A stretch of 64,000 nucleotides of DNA from Chloroflexota bacterium (GTDB lineage Bacteria > Chloroflexota > Limnocylindria > Limnocylindrales > CSP1-4). Location of the stretch: contig PLOC01000115.1 of the NCBI GenBank assembly GCA_003141955.1, positions 1,864 to 65,863 of the forward strand, given 5' to 3'. Below are positions 9,042-17,382 of this stretch, piece by piece (within the stretch, counting starts at the first letter, position 1; each line of letters begins with the position of its first letter). Both the position numbers and the translations under genes were made by a program. A model generated the notes under the pieces. It had not been told where the DNA came from and did not search any database. It saw only the letters and a list, made by a program, of their open reading frames with translations.

Positions 9042-10160
9042 GTGAAACTCTCGGTCATGCAGGAGAACCTGGCGCGAGGTCTCCAGGTCGTCAGCCGCGC
9101 CGTTCCGACACGGAGCACCCTGCCCGTTCTCAATAACGTCCTCCTTCGAACCGAGGATGGTGGCCTCAAGCTGACCGCCACCAACCTCGAGATCGGGATG
9201 ACTTACTGGGTGCCCGGCAAGATCGAGGTGAGCGGGGCGACGACCACGCCAGCCAGGCTCCTCACCGACATCGTGGCAGGATTGCCGACCAACGAGCGAG
9301 TCGATCTTGAGCTCCAGGCCCAGGAGACGCTGCATATCCAGGCTGGCCGGTTCGAGACGCGCGTCAAGGGGATCGATGCCGAGGAGTTCCCGGCGATCCC
9401 GACCGCCGGTGACAAGCCGACCACCAGGATTGCCCAGAACGTCCTGCGCAAAGCCCTCACCGAAGTGACCTTCGCCGCTGCAAGTGACGAGGCCAGGCCG
9501 ATCCTGACCGGCGTCCTGGCTCGTTTCGAGGGCACGCAGCTCACCCTGGCGGCTGCCGACAACTACCGGATCGCAGTCAAGACGATTACCATCCTCGACC
9601 CCGTGGAGGAGACGAGCATCGTCATCCCGGCCCGCTCACTCGACGCTCTGAGCCGGGTGCTGTCGGAAACCGACGACCCGGTCAGTGTCGTGCTCTCACC
9701 CAGCCGTAACCAGATCCTGTTCCATGTCGAGGGCATCGACCTGGTGAGCCGGCTGATCGACGGCCAGTTTCCCAACTATCAGCAGGTGCTGCCGAAGAGC
9801 CACACCACGACCGCGACGGTCGACCGCGACCAGCTCCTCAAGGCCGTTCGTCTGGCCGGCTTCATCGCCTTCTCGTCGGCCAACATCGTCAAGCTCCACA
9901 TCGGCAAGGAGGCGGCGACGGGCCTGATGGTCAGCGCCGCGGCCGACATCGGCGACAACCACAGCGAGATCGAGGCTCAGGTCGACGGTGACGGCACAAC
10001 GATCTCCTTCAACGCCAAGTACCTGGTCGACGTCCTGGCGAACGTTCCGGCAGAGCAGTTCTCGATCGAGCTGAACGGGCCCCTTTCGCCCGGTGTCTTC
10101 CGGCCGGTCGACGACGCGGACTACGTTCACGTCGTCATGCCGGTCAAGACGACCTCTTAG
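9042..10160 (+). CDS. dnaN: DNA polymerase III beta sliding clamp
   Basis: GTG start preceded by AGGGGAG. N-terminus MKLSVMQENLARGLQVVSRAV.TRSTLPVLNNVLL is typical DnaN. Confidence 0.95.
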   Translation: MKLSVMQENLARGLQVVSRAVPTRSTLPVLNNVLLRTEDGGLKLTATNLEIGMTYWVPGKIEVSGATTTPARLLTDIVAGLPTNERVDLELQAQETLHIQAGRFETRVKGIDAEEFPAIPTAGDKPTTRIAQNVLRKALTEVTFAAASDEARPILTGVLARFEGTQLTLAAADNYRIAVKTITILDPVEETSIVIPARSLDALSRVLSETDDPVSVVLSPSRNQILFHVEGIDLVSRLIDGQFPNYQQVLPKSHTTTATVDRDQLLKAVRLAGFIAFSSANIVKLHIGKEAATGLMVSAAADIGDNHSEIEAQVDGDGTTISFNAKYLVDVLANVPAEQFSIELNGPLSPGVFRPVDDADYVHVVMPVKTTS

Positions 10161-10175
10161 GGGCGGGGGATCCCC

Positions 10176-11372
10176 GTGCCCGGGTCGACCCGGGCTAGGG
10201 ACCGCGTGGTCGCGCCTCGGTCGAGGCCGCCGACGCTGCTTCGCTCTCTTGCTCTCCGGAATCTCCGGGGCTACGCCTCGTTGGACCTGACGCTGGGCCC
10301 CGGGCCACAGCTCGTCTGGGGCCCGAACGCAGCCGGGAAGACGACCCTGCTCGAGGCCATCGTGCTGCTGGCGTTGGGCCGCTCCCACCGAACCGGCGCC
10401 GATGCCGAGCTGATCCGCTGGGGCACCGACTTCCTGAGGGTCGAGGGCGTCGTTGGAATCGCCGGGGCCGAGGAGGAGGAGGCGGAGGGCGTTGCGCTGG
10501 ACGTTTCCGTCCAGGCCGGCGGGCGCAAGCGGATCCAGGTGAACGGCGTCCCTCGCCGCCCCGCGGCGCTGGCCGAGCAGCTGCGGACCGTCCTCTTCGC
10601 CCCCGAGGAGATGCTCCTCGTCGTGGGGCCGCCGACCCTGCGGCGGACGGCGCTCGACCAGCTCGCCGGGCCTCACACTCCGATGTACGGGTCGCATCTG
10701 ACCACGTACACCCGCGTCCTGTCCCAGCGGAACAGCCTGCTCAGGCAGATCCGCGATGGCGAAGCCGACCGCGCCCAGCTGCGCTACTGGGACGAGCCGT
10801 TCCTGGCCTCGGGCGCGGCGATAGTGGCTGCGCGCCTGCGCCTGCTGGAGTTGCTCGCAGAGCCTCTGGCGGCCGCTCACCTGGAGATCGCCCCGGCGGA
10901 GGATCCCCTTACGCTGGCCTATGGCACGAACGCGCCGCTGCTCCCCGGAGAGTCGCCACGGGACGCGCTGGCCCGCCGGCTGCACGAGACGGCCGAGAAG
11001 GAGGCGTGGAACGGGACCACGCTGGTGGGCCCGCACCGCGACGACCTGGTCTTTCGGATCGGCGGCCGCGACCTCACCACGTTCGCCTCGCGCGGCCAGC
11101 AGCGCACGGCCATCCTGGCCCTCAAGCTGGCCGAGCTGGATCTCCTCACCGCTCTCGACGGGCGTCCCCCGCTGCTCCTGCTCGACGACGTCTTCAGCGA
11201 GCTCGATCCGCTGCGCCGGGGTCACCTGGTCCGGCGCATCGCCGAGCTGCCCCAGGCGTTGGTCACGACGACGGTGCCGGAGGATCTGGACCCGGATCTG
11301 CGTCGGCGGGCACACGCCTGGCGGGTGATCGCGGACGTCGAGGGTGCGCGGATCGAGGAGGGCGAGGCGTGA
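10176..11372 (+). CDS. recF: DNA replication and repair protein RecF
   Basis: LALRNLRGY...GPNAAGKTTLLEAI (Walker A) and LLLLDDVFSELD (Walker B). Start uncertain: GTG at 10176 or GTG at 10206. Confidence 0.9.
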   Translation: MPGSTRARDRVVAPRSRPPTLLRSLALRNLRGYASLDLTLGPGPQLVWGPNAAGKTTLLEAIVLLALGRSHRTGADAELIRWGTDFLRVEGVVGIAGAEEEEAEGVALDVSVQAGGRKRIQVNGVPRRPAALAEQLRTVLFAPEEMLLVVGPPTLRRTALDQLAGPHTPMYGSHLTTYTRVLSQRNSLLRQIRDGEADRAQLRYWDEPFLASGAAIVAARLRLLELLAEPLAAAHLEIAPAEDPLTLAYGTNAPLLPGESPRDALARRLHETAEKEAWNGTTLVGPHRDDLVFRIGGRDLTTFASRGQQRTAILALKLAELDLLTALDGRPPLLLLDDVFSELDPLRRGHLVRRIAELPQALVTTTVPEDLDPDLRRRAHAWRVIADVEGARIEEGEA

Positions 11373-11437
11373 GCGGGCAGCGCGGAAATCGGGGCGAGGA
11401 CGATCGGGGGGAGAGCGGCCGGTCCGGACGTCGGGGC

Positions 11438-11731
11438 ATGGAGCGACTGGGCGATCTGCTGCCCGACGCGGCCCGCCAGCTCGGCCTCGAAGACGAGCTC
11501 GAGCTGGCCGCGGCCATGACCGCCTGGCAGAGGATCGTGGCCGAGCGAATCCCGCCCGCCGTTGGAGCCTGCCGGATCGTGGCCCTTTCGCAGGGCGTGG
11601 CCACGGTCGAAGTCGACGAGCCGATCGTGGCTCAGGAGCTGCGACTTCGGTCCCCGGAGCTGGTGGCCGCGCTGCGGTCGGCCGTGCCGAGCCCCGTGCG
11701 CCAGCTTCGCATCACGGCGAGACACGTATAA
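11438..11731 (+). CDS. DUF721/DciA-like protein
   Basis: Position right after recF matches Rv0004/DciA in M. tuberculosis. DUF721-like sequence (AWQRIVAERIPPAVGACRIVALSQGVATVEVDEPIVAQELRLRSPELVAAL). An alternative in-frame GTG at 11369 overlaps the recF stop (GTGA). Confidence 0.7.
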   Translation: MERLGDLLPDAARQLGLEDELELAAAMTAWQRIVAERIPPAVGACRIVALSQGVATVEVDEPIVAQELRLRSPELVAALRSAVPSPVRQLRITARHV

Positions 11732-11781
11732 TCGCCACCTGCTGATCCCGGACAGATTCACAGCCGTCGCTAGCAGTCGTC

Positions 11782-14118
11782 ATGACCGTCCGCCTTCAAA
11801 TGAAGCTCGGCCTCGTGGCCGAGTCGCAAAGACCGCCCGACTCGCCAGATACGGTCCTGGTCGTAGAGCCCAGCATCGGGTCGACGACCCGGACCAAGGG
11901 CAACCTCTACCTGGTCGTAACGGGCGAGGGCGGAGGTGAGCTTCGTTCTGCGACGAACATGGTCGCCGAGCGCGTCCGGCACGAGTACTACTACGACGAA
12001 TCGGCCGGCATCACCGTCTGCCTCAAGAAGGCCATCAAGGCGGCGAACCGCGAGCTGCGCGTCACCGAGCGACTGGTCTCCAGGACTGGGGAGGGCGGCC
12101 CGATCGGCATCGCCCTGGCCGTGGTTCGGAGCAACGAGCTGTACGTTGCGACCGTTGGACCGGCCGAGGCCTACCTCGTTCGCGAGGCCAGGCTGCTGAC
12201 TCTGCCTGAGCCAGATCCGGCGAGCGGGCTGCCGTGCGAAGACGGCGCCGAGCCCGTGGTCTGGCACGGCGACCTCCTCGCCGGCGACAGCGTCATCCTC
12301 ATCTCTCCCAACGCCACCCGCCGGATCGGCCTCGCGCCGATCCAGGACGCCGTGATCCAACTCCACCCTCAGGTCGCGATCGACCAGATCCACCGCCAGC
12401 TGGCCGGCGGCGGTCTCGGCGTGTCCGGCGGCGACGGCATGATCGCCCTCGAGGCGGACGAGGTGTCGGTCACGCAGAAGAGCCAGCCGCTGAAGGCGGT
12501 CTGGCCGAGCGACTCGCTGGCCGGGGTGCCGGATCACTCGCCGATCCCGATGGCCGACGCAGTCATCGAGAGCGTATCGACGGTCCAGCACACGGCCAAG
12601 CAGGTCCAGCGCACGGCCGACGGCATGCTCCGCCACAGCGTCTACGGCCTCTTCGACCGGATGCCGCGGCGGCCCGTCCAGCGCGTCCGGGTAACCCCCA
12701 TCGCCGTCCAGCGGGAGCGCCAGCGCCGCGTCGCGAGCGCCATCGTGGGCTTGTTGCTCGTCCTGACGGTCGTGGGCGCCTCGCTGTGGTACCTGGCCGG
12801 CACTCGTCAGAACCTGAACATCGACCGGCAGGGCCGCGCCCAGGCCGCCTATCTGCAGGCCGAGAGCGACGAGATCGCAGTCCTGGGGAACGGCCGCGAC
12901 CTCGTGACAAGCGATCCCGCGACCGCAAAGACGTACCTGGAGGATGCGTACAAGAACCTGCAGATCGCGAGCGACAACGGTTACACCAGCGCTGACCTGG
13001 ACGTCCTCAGCAGCGAGGTCGTCGGCGGACTCAACCACCTGTTCGACGTGAACGTCATCACTCCGCAGGTCGTTCTCTCGTTCGGGAGCGACGATCTGAC
13101 GGGGCTCGTGCTTGGTCCGGACGGCGGGGCGTACGTCATCGACCAGACCGACCAATCCGTCTATCGGGTCGATCTGGTCACGCGTGCCAAGGTTCAGATC
13201 GCGGTCAAGGGAGAGCAGCCGGCGGCCGTGGTGGTCACAAACGCAGCCGTGGGCTCGCCCCGTTTGCTGACGACCGGTGGCCAGGACGTGCTGATCCTCG
13301 ACAACACCAACAACCTGTGGCGCTGGCGGCCCGCGGCCGGGGCGGCGACCGGGCAGGGAACGCTGGCTCAGGTCCTCGTCCAGGACTCCGGAACATGGGG
13401 CTCCAACGTCCGGGCGATCGGGACGTTCCTGACCAGCTACGACCTGGACGAGTACTCGCTGTACGTCGTGGTTCCGTCGGCCGGGCAGGTTCTGAAGTAC
13501 CCGGAGTCGAGCGACGGCAGCGGCTACTACGCCCAGTCCAAGGCGAACTACCTGAGCGGCCAGAACCTTAGTGTGTCCCAGGTGGACGACATGTACATCG
13601 ATGGCAGCCTCTACCTGCTCGACGACGGAGTGGTCAGGCGGTTCGACTCCGGCCAGGAGATCCGAGGCTGGACAGCGGACCTGCCCGGCGACACGGTCAT
13701 GCGGCCCTCGGCGCCGTTCTACACACGGATTTCCGCCGACAACCCCATCGCCGACCAGGGCAACCTCTACGCCTACGACGGCGTTGGCCGGCGGGTCGTC
13801 TCGTTCACGAAGACCAACGGCCAGTACGTGCAGGAATTCGTCCTTCCGAACAACTCGCCGTATTTCTCCGCCCTGCAGGGGATGTTTGTTCGGACCGGTC
13901 CGAACGGTTCGAACCCGACTCTCTTCTGGATCGAGAGTGGCAATCTCATGAGCGCGCCGCTCGGGACCGGGCCGGCGGCCAGCCCCTCGCCGAGCGTCAG
14001 CCCCACATCGTCGTCGAGCGTCAAGCCGACGCCGACGCCCAAGCCGACGCCGACGCCCAAGCCGACGCCGACGCCCAAGCCGACGCCGACGCCCAAGCCG
14101 ACGCCCAAGCCGACCTGA
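11782..14118 (+). CDS. Membrane protein: N-terminal PP2C-like (possibly degenerate) cytoplasmic domain, one TM helix, a large extracytoplasmic beta-rich domain and a PT-repeat tail
   Basis: 778-aa ORF with coherent coding composition. PP2C-like blocks (NLYLVVTGEGGG, IALAVVRSNELYVATVGPAEAYL, GDSVILISPN). TM helix VASAIVGLLLVLTVVGASLWYLAG. The function call is tentative. Confidence 0.7.
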   Translation: MTVRLQMKLGLVAESQRPPDSPDTVLVVEPSIGSTTRTKGNLYLVVTGEGGGELRSATNMVAERVRHEYYYDESAGITVCLKKAIKAANRELRVTERLVSRTGEGGPIGIALAVVRSNELYVATVGPAEAYLVREARLLTLPEPDPASGLPCEDGAEPVVWHGDLLAGDSVILISPNATRRIGLAPIQDAVIQLHPQVAIDQIHRQLAGGGLGVSGGDGMIALEADEVSVTQKSQPLKAVWPSDSLAGVPDHSPIPMADAVIESVSTVQHTAKQVQRTADGMLRHSVYGLFDRMPRRPVQRVRVTPIAVQRERQRRVASAIVGLLLVLTVVGASLWYLAGTRQNLNIDRQGRAQAAYLQAESDEIAVLGNGRDLVTSDPATAKTYLEDAYKNLQIASDNGYTSADLDVLSSEVVGGLNHLFDVNVITPQVVLSFGSDDLTGLVLGPDGGAYVIDQTDQSVYRVDLVTRAKVQIAVKGEQPAAVVVTNAAVGSPRLLTTGGQDVLILDNTNNLWRWRPAAGAATGQGTLAQVLVQDSGTWGSNVRAIGTFLTSYDLDEYSLYVVVPSAGQVLKYPESSDGSGYYAQSKANYLSGQNLSVSQVDDMYIDGSLYLLDDGVVRRFDSGQEIRGWTADLPGDTVMRPSAPFYTRISADNPIADQGNLYAYDGVGRRVVSFTKTNGQYVQEFVLPNNSPYFSALQGMFVRTGPNGSNPTLFWIESGNLMSAPLGTGPAASPSPSVSPTSSSSVKPTPTPKPTPTPKPTPTPKPTPTPKPTPKPT
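14023..14115 (+). repeat. 18-nt perfect tandem repeat (aagccgacgccgacgccc x4 plus partial copies) encoding (KPTPTP)n
   Basis: Copies at 14023, 14041, 14059 and 14077, then partial units up to the stop at 14116-14118. Confidence 0.95.
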
Positions 14119-14190
14119 GCGGCCCGGCTACGGCGCGGGCGGGACTCTGGACCTGGCGCGAGGGCGGACGGGTAGTGGGATAATCCGGCC

Positions 14191-14703
14191 ATGGCAGACT
14201 CGCTTGTCGAGGTCGTCGTCGAGAGCGTCCGAGTCCACATGCTCTCCAGCCAGCACGTTGTTCTCCTCAAGGAGACGGAGCGGGATCGCTATCTGCCAAT
14301 CTGGATCGGCCCGTGGGAGGCCAACGCCATCGCAACGCGGCTGCAGGGCGTGGCTCCCGAGCGGCCGCTAACCCACGATCTCTTCGTCTCCACCCTGGTC
14401 GCCCTCGGCGCGAAGCTTCGACGGGTGATCATCTCCAGCCTGGCAGAGGAGACCTACCACGCCACGCTCGAGGTCGAGCTGGATGGCCAGACCTTCGAGG
14501 TGGACGCCCGACCGTCGGATTCCCTCGCCCTCGCGGTTCGGACCGGAGTCCGGATCTTCGCCTCGGAGGCGGTCCTGGACAAGGCCGGCGTCGAGCCGGA
14601 GACGCACGTCGACGAGAAGCTCGAGGTCTTCCGCGAGTTCGTCAACTCGCTGGATGTCGATCTCGAGGAGGGCCACCGCGAGGGTCCCGGCACTCAGGAG
14701 TAG
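14191..14703 (+). CDS. Bifunctional nuclease family protein (DUF151/BFN)
   Basis: VVLLKETERDRYLPIWIGPWEANAIA...ERPLTHDL...YHATLEV...DARPSDSLALAVR is characteristic of DUF151. Confidence 0.85.
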   Translation: MADSLVEVVVESVRVHMLSSQHVVLLKETERDRYLPIWIGPWEANAIATRLQGVAPERPLTHDLFVSTLVALGAKLRRVIISSLAEETYHATLEVELDGQTFEVDARPSDSLALAVRTGVRIFASEAVLDKAGVEPETHVDEKLEVFREFVNSLDVDLEEGHREGPGTQE

Positions 14704-14752
14704 TGCTCCGGCGGGCCCCTGACCCGCGGGGACCGCACCGGGCCGGTCGTCT

Positions 14753-15559
14753 CTAGCCGAGCATTGCCTCGCCGCGGCGCATGCCCTTCGAGCGGCCCAG
14801 CCACAGGCGGAGTCGCAGCGACCAGAAGTCGCGCACCGCCCGGAAGACCACGCTGGGCTTCGCGCCCGTTGGCGAGCCGGCCGTCCGCGGGTAGTGCGGC
14901 ACGCCGACCTCGGCGATGCGGCGGCCTTCGAAGCGCAGCTTGATCAGCAGCTCGGCGGTGAAGAAGGCGCCGCCCGAGGACACCCTGATCGGCTCGAGGG
15001 CCTCGCGCTTGAAGAGCTTGCAGGCGCAGTCCATGTCGTGGACGCGGACACCGAAGAAGATTCGGTTCGAGAGTCGATAGACGCGGGCATACCAGCGCCG
15101 GATCGGGGGATCGGCGCGCTTCAGGCGGAAGCCCACGACGACGTCCGGGGAGTCGGGCGCGGCGATCCGCTCCGTCAGGCGGCCGACGTCGATCACCCTG
15201 AACTGTCGGTCGCCGTCGACGAAGGCGATCAGGTCGTATTGCGCGGCTCGGAAGCCGGATCGGAGCGCCGCCCCGTAGCCCAGGTTGGTGGGGTGGTGGA
15301 CGACGCGGAAGACGTCCGGATGGCGCTTCGCCAGGTCGTCGGCGATGGCCGGAGTCCGGTCCTTCGAGCCGTCATCGATCGCGATCACCTCGAACTTCTG
15401 CGCCAGCGAGGGCAGTGTCGCCAGCGCCTCGTCTGCCAGCGCCTCGAGGTTCGCCTCCTCGTTGTGGGCAGGGAAGAAGAACGACAGCTCGGCGACCCGG
15501 TTGCCGGGCTCCCCAGCAGACGCCCCTGGGTTGTCCGTTCGATCAGCTTCGCGCATTGG
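14753..15559 (-). CDS. GT2 glycosyltransferase, DPM1/GtrB/Ppm1-like (polyprenyl-phosphate sugar synthase type)
   Basis: FFFPAHNEEANL...VIAIDDGSKDRT...NLGYGAALRSGF...FVDGDRQF (the DxD-type GT-A signature). The ATG at 15559 lies 2 nt after the upstream stop. Confidence 0.85.
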   Translation of the reverse strand, partial: PMREADRTDNPGASAGEPGNRVAELSFFFPAHNEEANLEALADEALATLPSLAQKFEVIAIDDGSKDRTPAIADDLAKRHPDVFRVVHHPTNLGYGAALRSGFRAAQYDLIAFVDGDRQFRVIDVGRLTERIAAPDSPDVVVGFRLKRADPPIRRWYARVYRLSNRIFFGVRVHDMDCACKLFKREALEPIRVSSGGAFFTAELLIKLRFEGRRIAEVGVPHYPRTAGSPTGAKPSVVFRAVRDFWSLRLRLWLGRSKGMRRGEAMLG

Positions 15560-15561
15560 CC

Positions 15562-17382
15562 TCACTTTCGGGCAGTGACTTTGTTGAGAACGTACGGTTG
15601 GCACGGATCTATGACGTAGCGGGCGCATAGGGCCGGAATGCCGTCGCCCGTGACCGGATCGCCGGCATCAGTCCGAATCGTGTAGACGGGCCTCTTGCCT
15701 AGGTACTTGTCGAACACGTCGGTGACCTGCTCGAAGGTGACGCCGTTATCGACCCGGTTGCTATCGTCCACGATCAGGACGTCCGGCCGCAAGCCCTCGA
15801 CCCGCTGGCCGTACCAGAGAGTCGTGGATGCCGACCACCAGCTCACGATGACGGCGTTTTCGGCCACGCCGCCCTGGTCCGGGGGAGCCAGGACGCTATG
15901 CATCCAGGTCGCATTCTCCGTCATGTCGGACTCGCTGACGGCGCCCGGTCCCGATCCGGCCAGCGCCTGACGCGCGGGCACGACAGACACGCTGGCAACC
16001 ACCAGGACAACGGCCGCGACGATCTCGGCGATCAGGAGCGCGCGACGATTCCAGGCCTCGCCGTCAGGGGAGAGGGCGGAGCGAGGGACGTCGGCCGAGG
16101 GCTCAAGTGTGGCCGTTGCCGGCGCAGCAAGGCGGGACCTGAGTCTCTTCTGGCCGCTCGCCACCAGCCACATCCCAAGCTGGAGAGCGTCCGCCAGCCC
16201 AAACCCTACGTAGAGGAAGGCTACGAAGAGCGGCACGAGGAAGTACCGGTCGAGCTCAGCATTGGCGTACGAGGCGGCGAAGTCGGCGGTCACCGCCGCG
16301 GAAATAACGCTCAACAGGACGAAACGCGGCCGCCGAACCAGGCTGGTGCCCAGGCCGATGACGGCCAGGTAGCCCAGCGCCCCGAGCCAACCCGCGAGCA
16401 GGACCAGCACGGCGGCGTACTTGTCCGAAAGGTTGCCCAGCGGGTCGATGAGGCTGCCGCCGAACTGCTGAGCCAGGACGACATATTGGAAGCCGGCCCA
16501 GGTGTCCGGGTTCCCGTACACCTGCGACGCCCCCATCGCCGCACGGATGGGCAACTCCAGGAACAGGATGACGATCGTCGCCGCCAGCACGGCGGCGCAG
16601 CCCAGGATCAGCCGCCACTGCAGCACGATGCGCGGCGCCACGGCCAGGACGAAGAGGGCGATCGCCGGCGGCAGCAGCCACGCCAGGCCGTGGTTGGCGA
16701 AGGCCACCCCGTAGACGAAGGCAGCGGCCACGAGCCAGCGGTCGGCTCTGCGGCGTCTCTCTTGGCCGTGGCCCGTCCGCCACCGCTCCCACACGAGCAA
16801 GAGGAGGAAGAGCAAGGCCACCAGCGCGAGGTGGAGCATGTGGTAGTCGGCGTGGGTGGCGATCTGCCAGAGGAGCGGCGTGGACGTGACGCCGTAGCCA
16901 TCCGGGAACCCGGCCTGCGCCGGCGACAGAGTGGGCATGATCAGGAACAGCAGCCCAGAGGCCAGGGCGACCCAGCGCATGTTCGTCAGCATCTGGATGA
17001 TGGCCACCACGGCCGCCACCGCCCCTGCCGCCAGGATCGCGTTGAGCAGGTTCATTCGGTAGGCCGGGTCGCCGAACGGCAGCAGGTGGGAAGCAATGAA
17101 TCCGAGGATCACGTAGGCCGGATAGCCCGTGGGGTGACCGGTGCCGAGCACCGGCGCGACGGTCTGGAACTCGGCGGTATCCCAGGAGAGGACGCCGGGC
17201 GCCAGCGTGGGAATAACGAGCCAGAGGGTCGCCACGGCCGCGACGAGCGGCGCGAAGGCTGCCGCCGCCAGATCGCGATTCAGGCCGGCGCGCGCAAGGC
17301 GACGCCCGATCGCTTCGGTTCGGCGTGAAGGCGTGGTCGCCTCAGGCGAGCCACCGGTCCGCGGCAGATCGTCACCAGCCAA
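15562..17382 (-). CDS. DUF2723/TMEM260-like GT-C membrane glycosyltransferase
   Basis: Polytopic protein with N-terminal motif SWDTAEFQTVAPVLGTGHPTGYPAY, typical of DUF2723. The TTG start overlaps the upstream stop by 11 nt. Confidence 0.8.
   Translation of the reverse strand: MAGDDLPRTGGSPEATTPSRRTEAIGRRLARAGLNRDLAAAAFAPLVAAVATLWLVIPTLAPGVLSWDTAEFQTVAPVLGTGHPTGYPAYVILGFIASHLLPFGDPAYRMNLLNAILAAGAVAAVVAIIQMLTNMRWVALASGLLFLIMPTLSPAQAGFPDGYGVTSTPLLWQIATHADYHMLHLALVALLFLLLLVWERWRTGHGQERRRRADRWLVAAAFVYGVAFANHGLAWLLPPAIALFVLAVAPRIVLQWRLILGCAAVLAATIVILFLELPIRAAMGASQVYGNPDTWAGFQYVVLAQQFGGSLIDPLGNLSDKYAAVLVLLAGWLGALGYLAVIGLGTSLVRRPRFVLLSVISAAVTADFAASYANAELDRYFLVPLFVAFLYVGFGLADALQLGMWLVASGQKRLRSRLAAPATATLEPSADVPRSALSPDGEAWNRRALLIAEIVAAVVLVVASVSVVPARQALAGSGPGAVSESDMTENATWMHSVLAPPDQGGVAENAVIVSWWSASTTLWYGQRVEGLRPDVLIVDDSNRVDNGVTFEQVTDVFDKYLGKRPVYTIRTDAGDPVTGDGIPALCARYVIDPCQPYVLNKVTARK

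Noticed and set aside
14023-14115. Regularly spaced perfect 18-nt repeats that could superficially suggest a repeat array.
   Set aside because: The units are directly adjacent with no spacers, in frame, and encode KPTPTP inside a long CDS. This is not CRISPR-like. The same applies to the other short tandem repeats listed.
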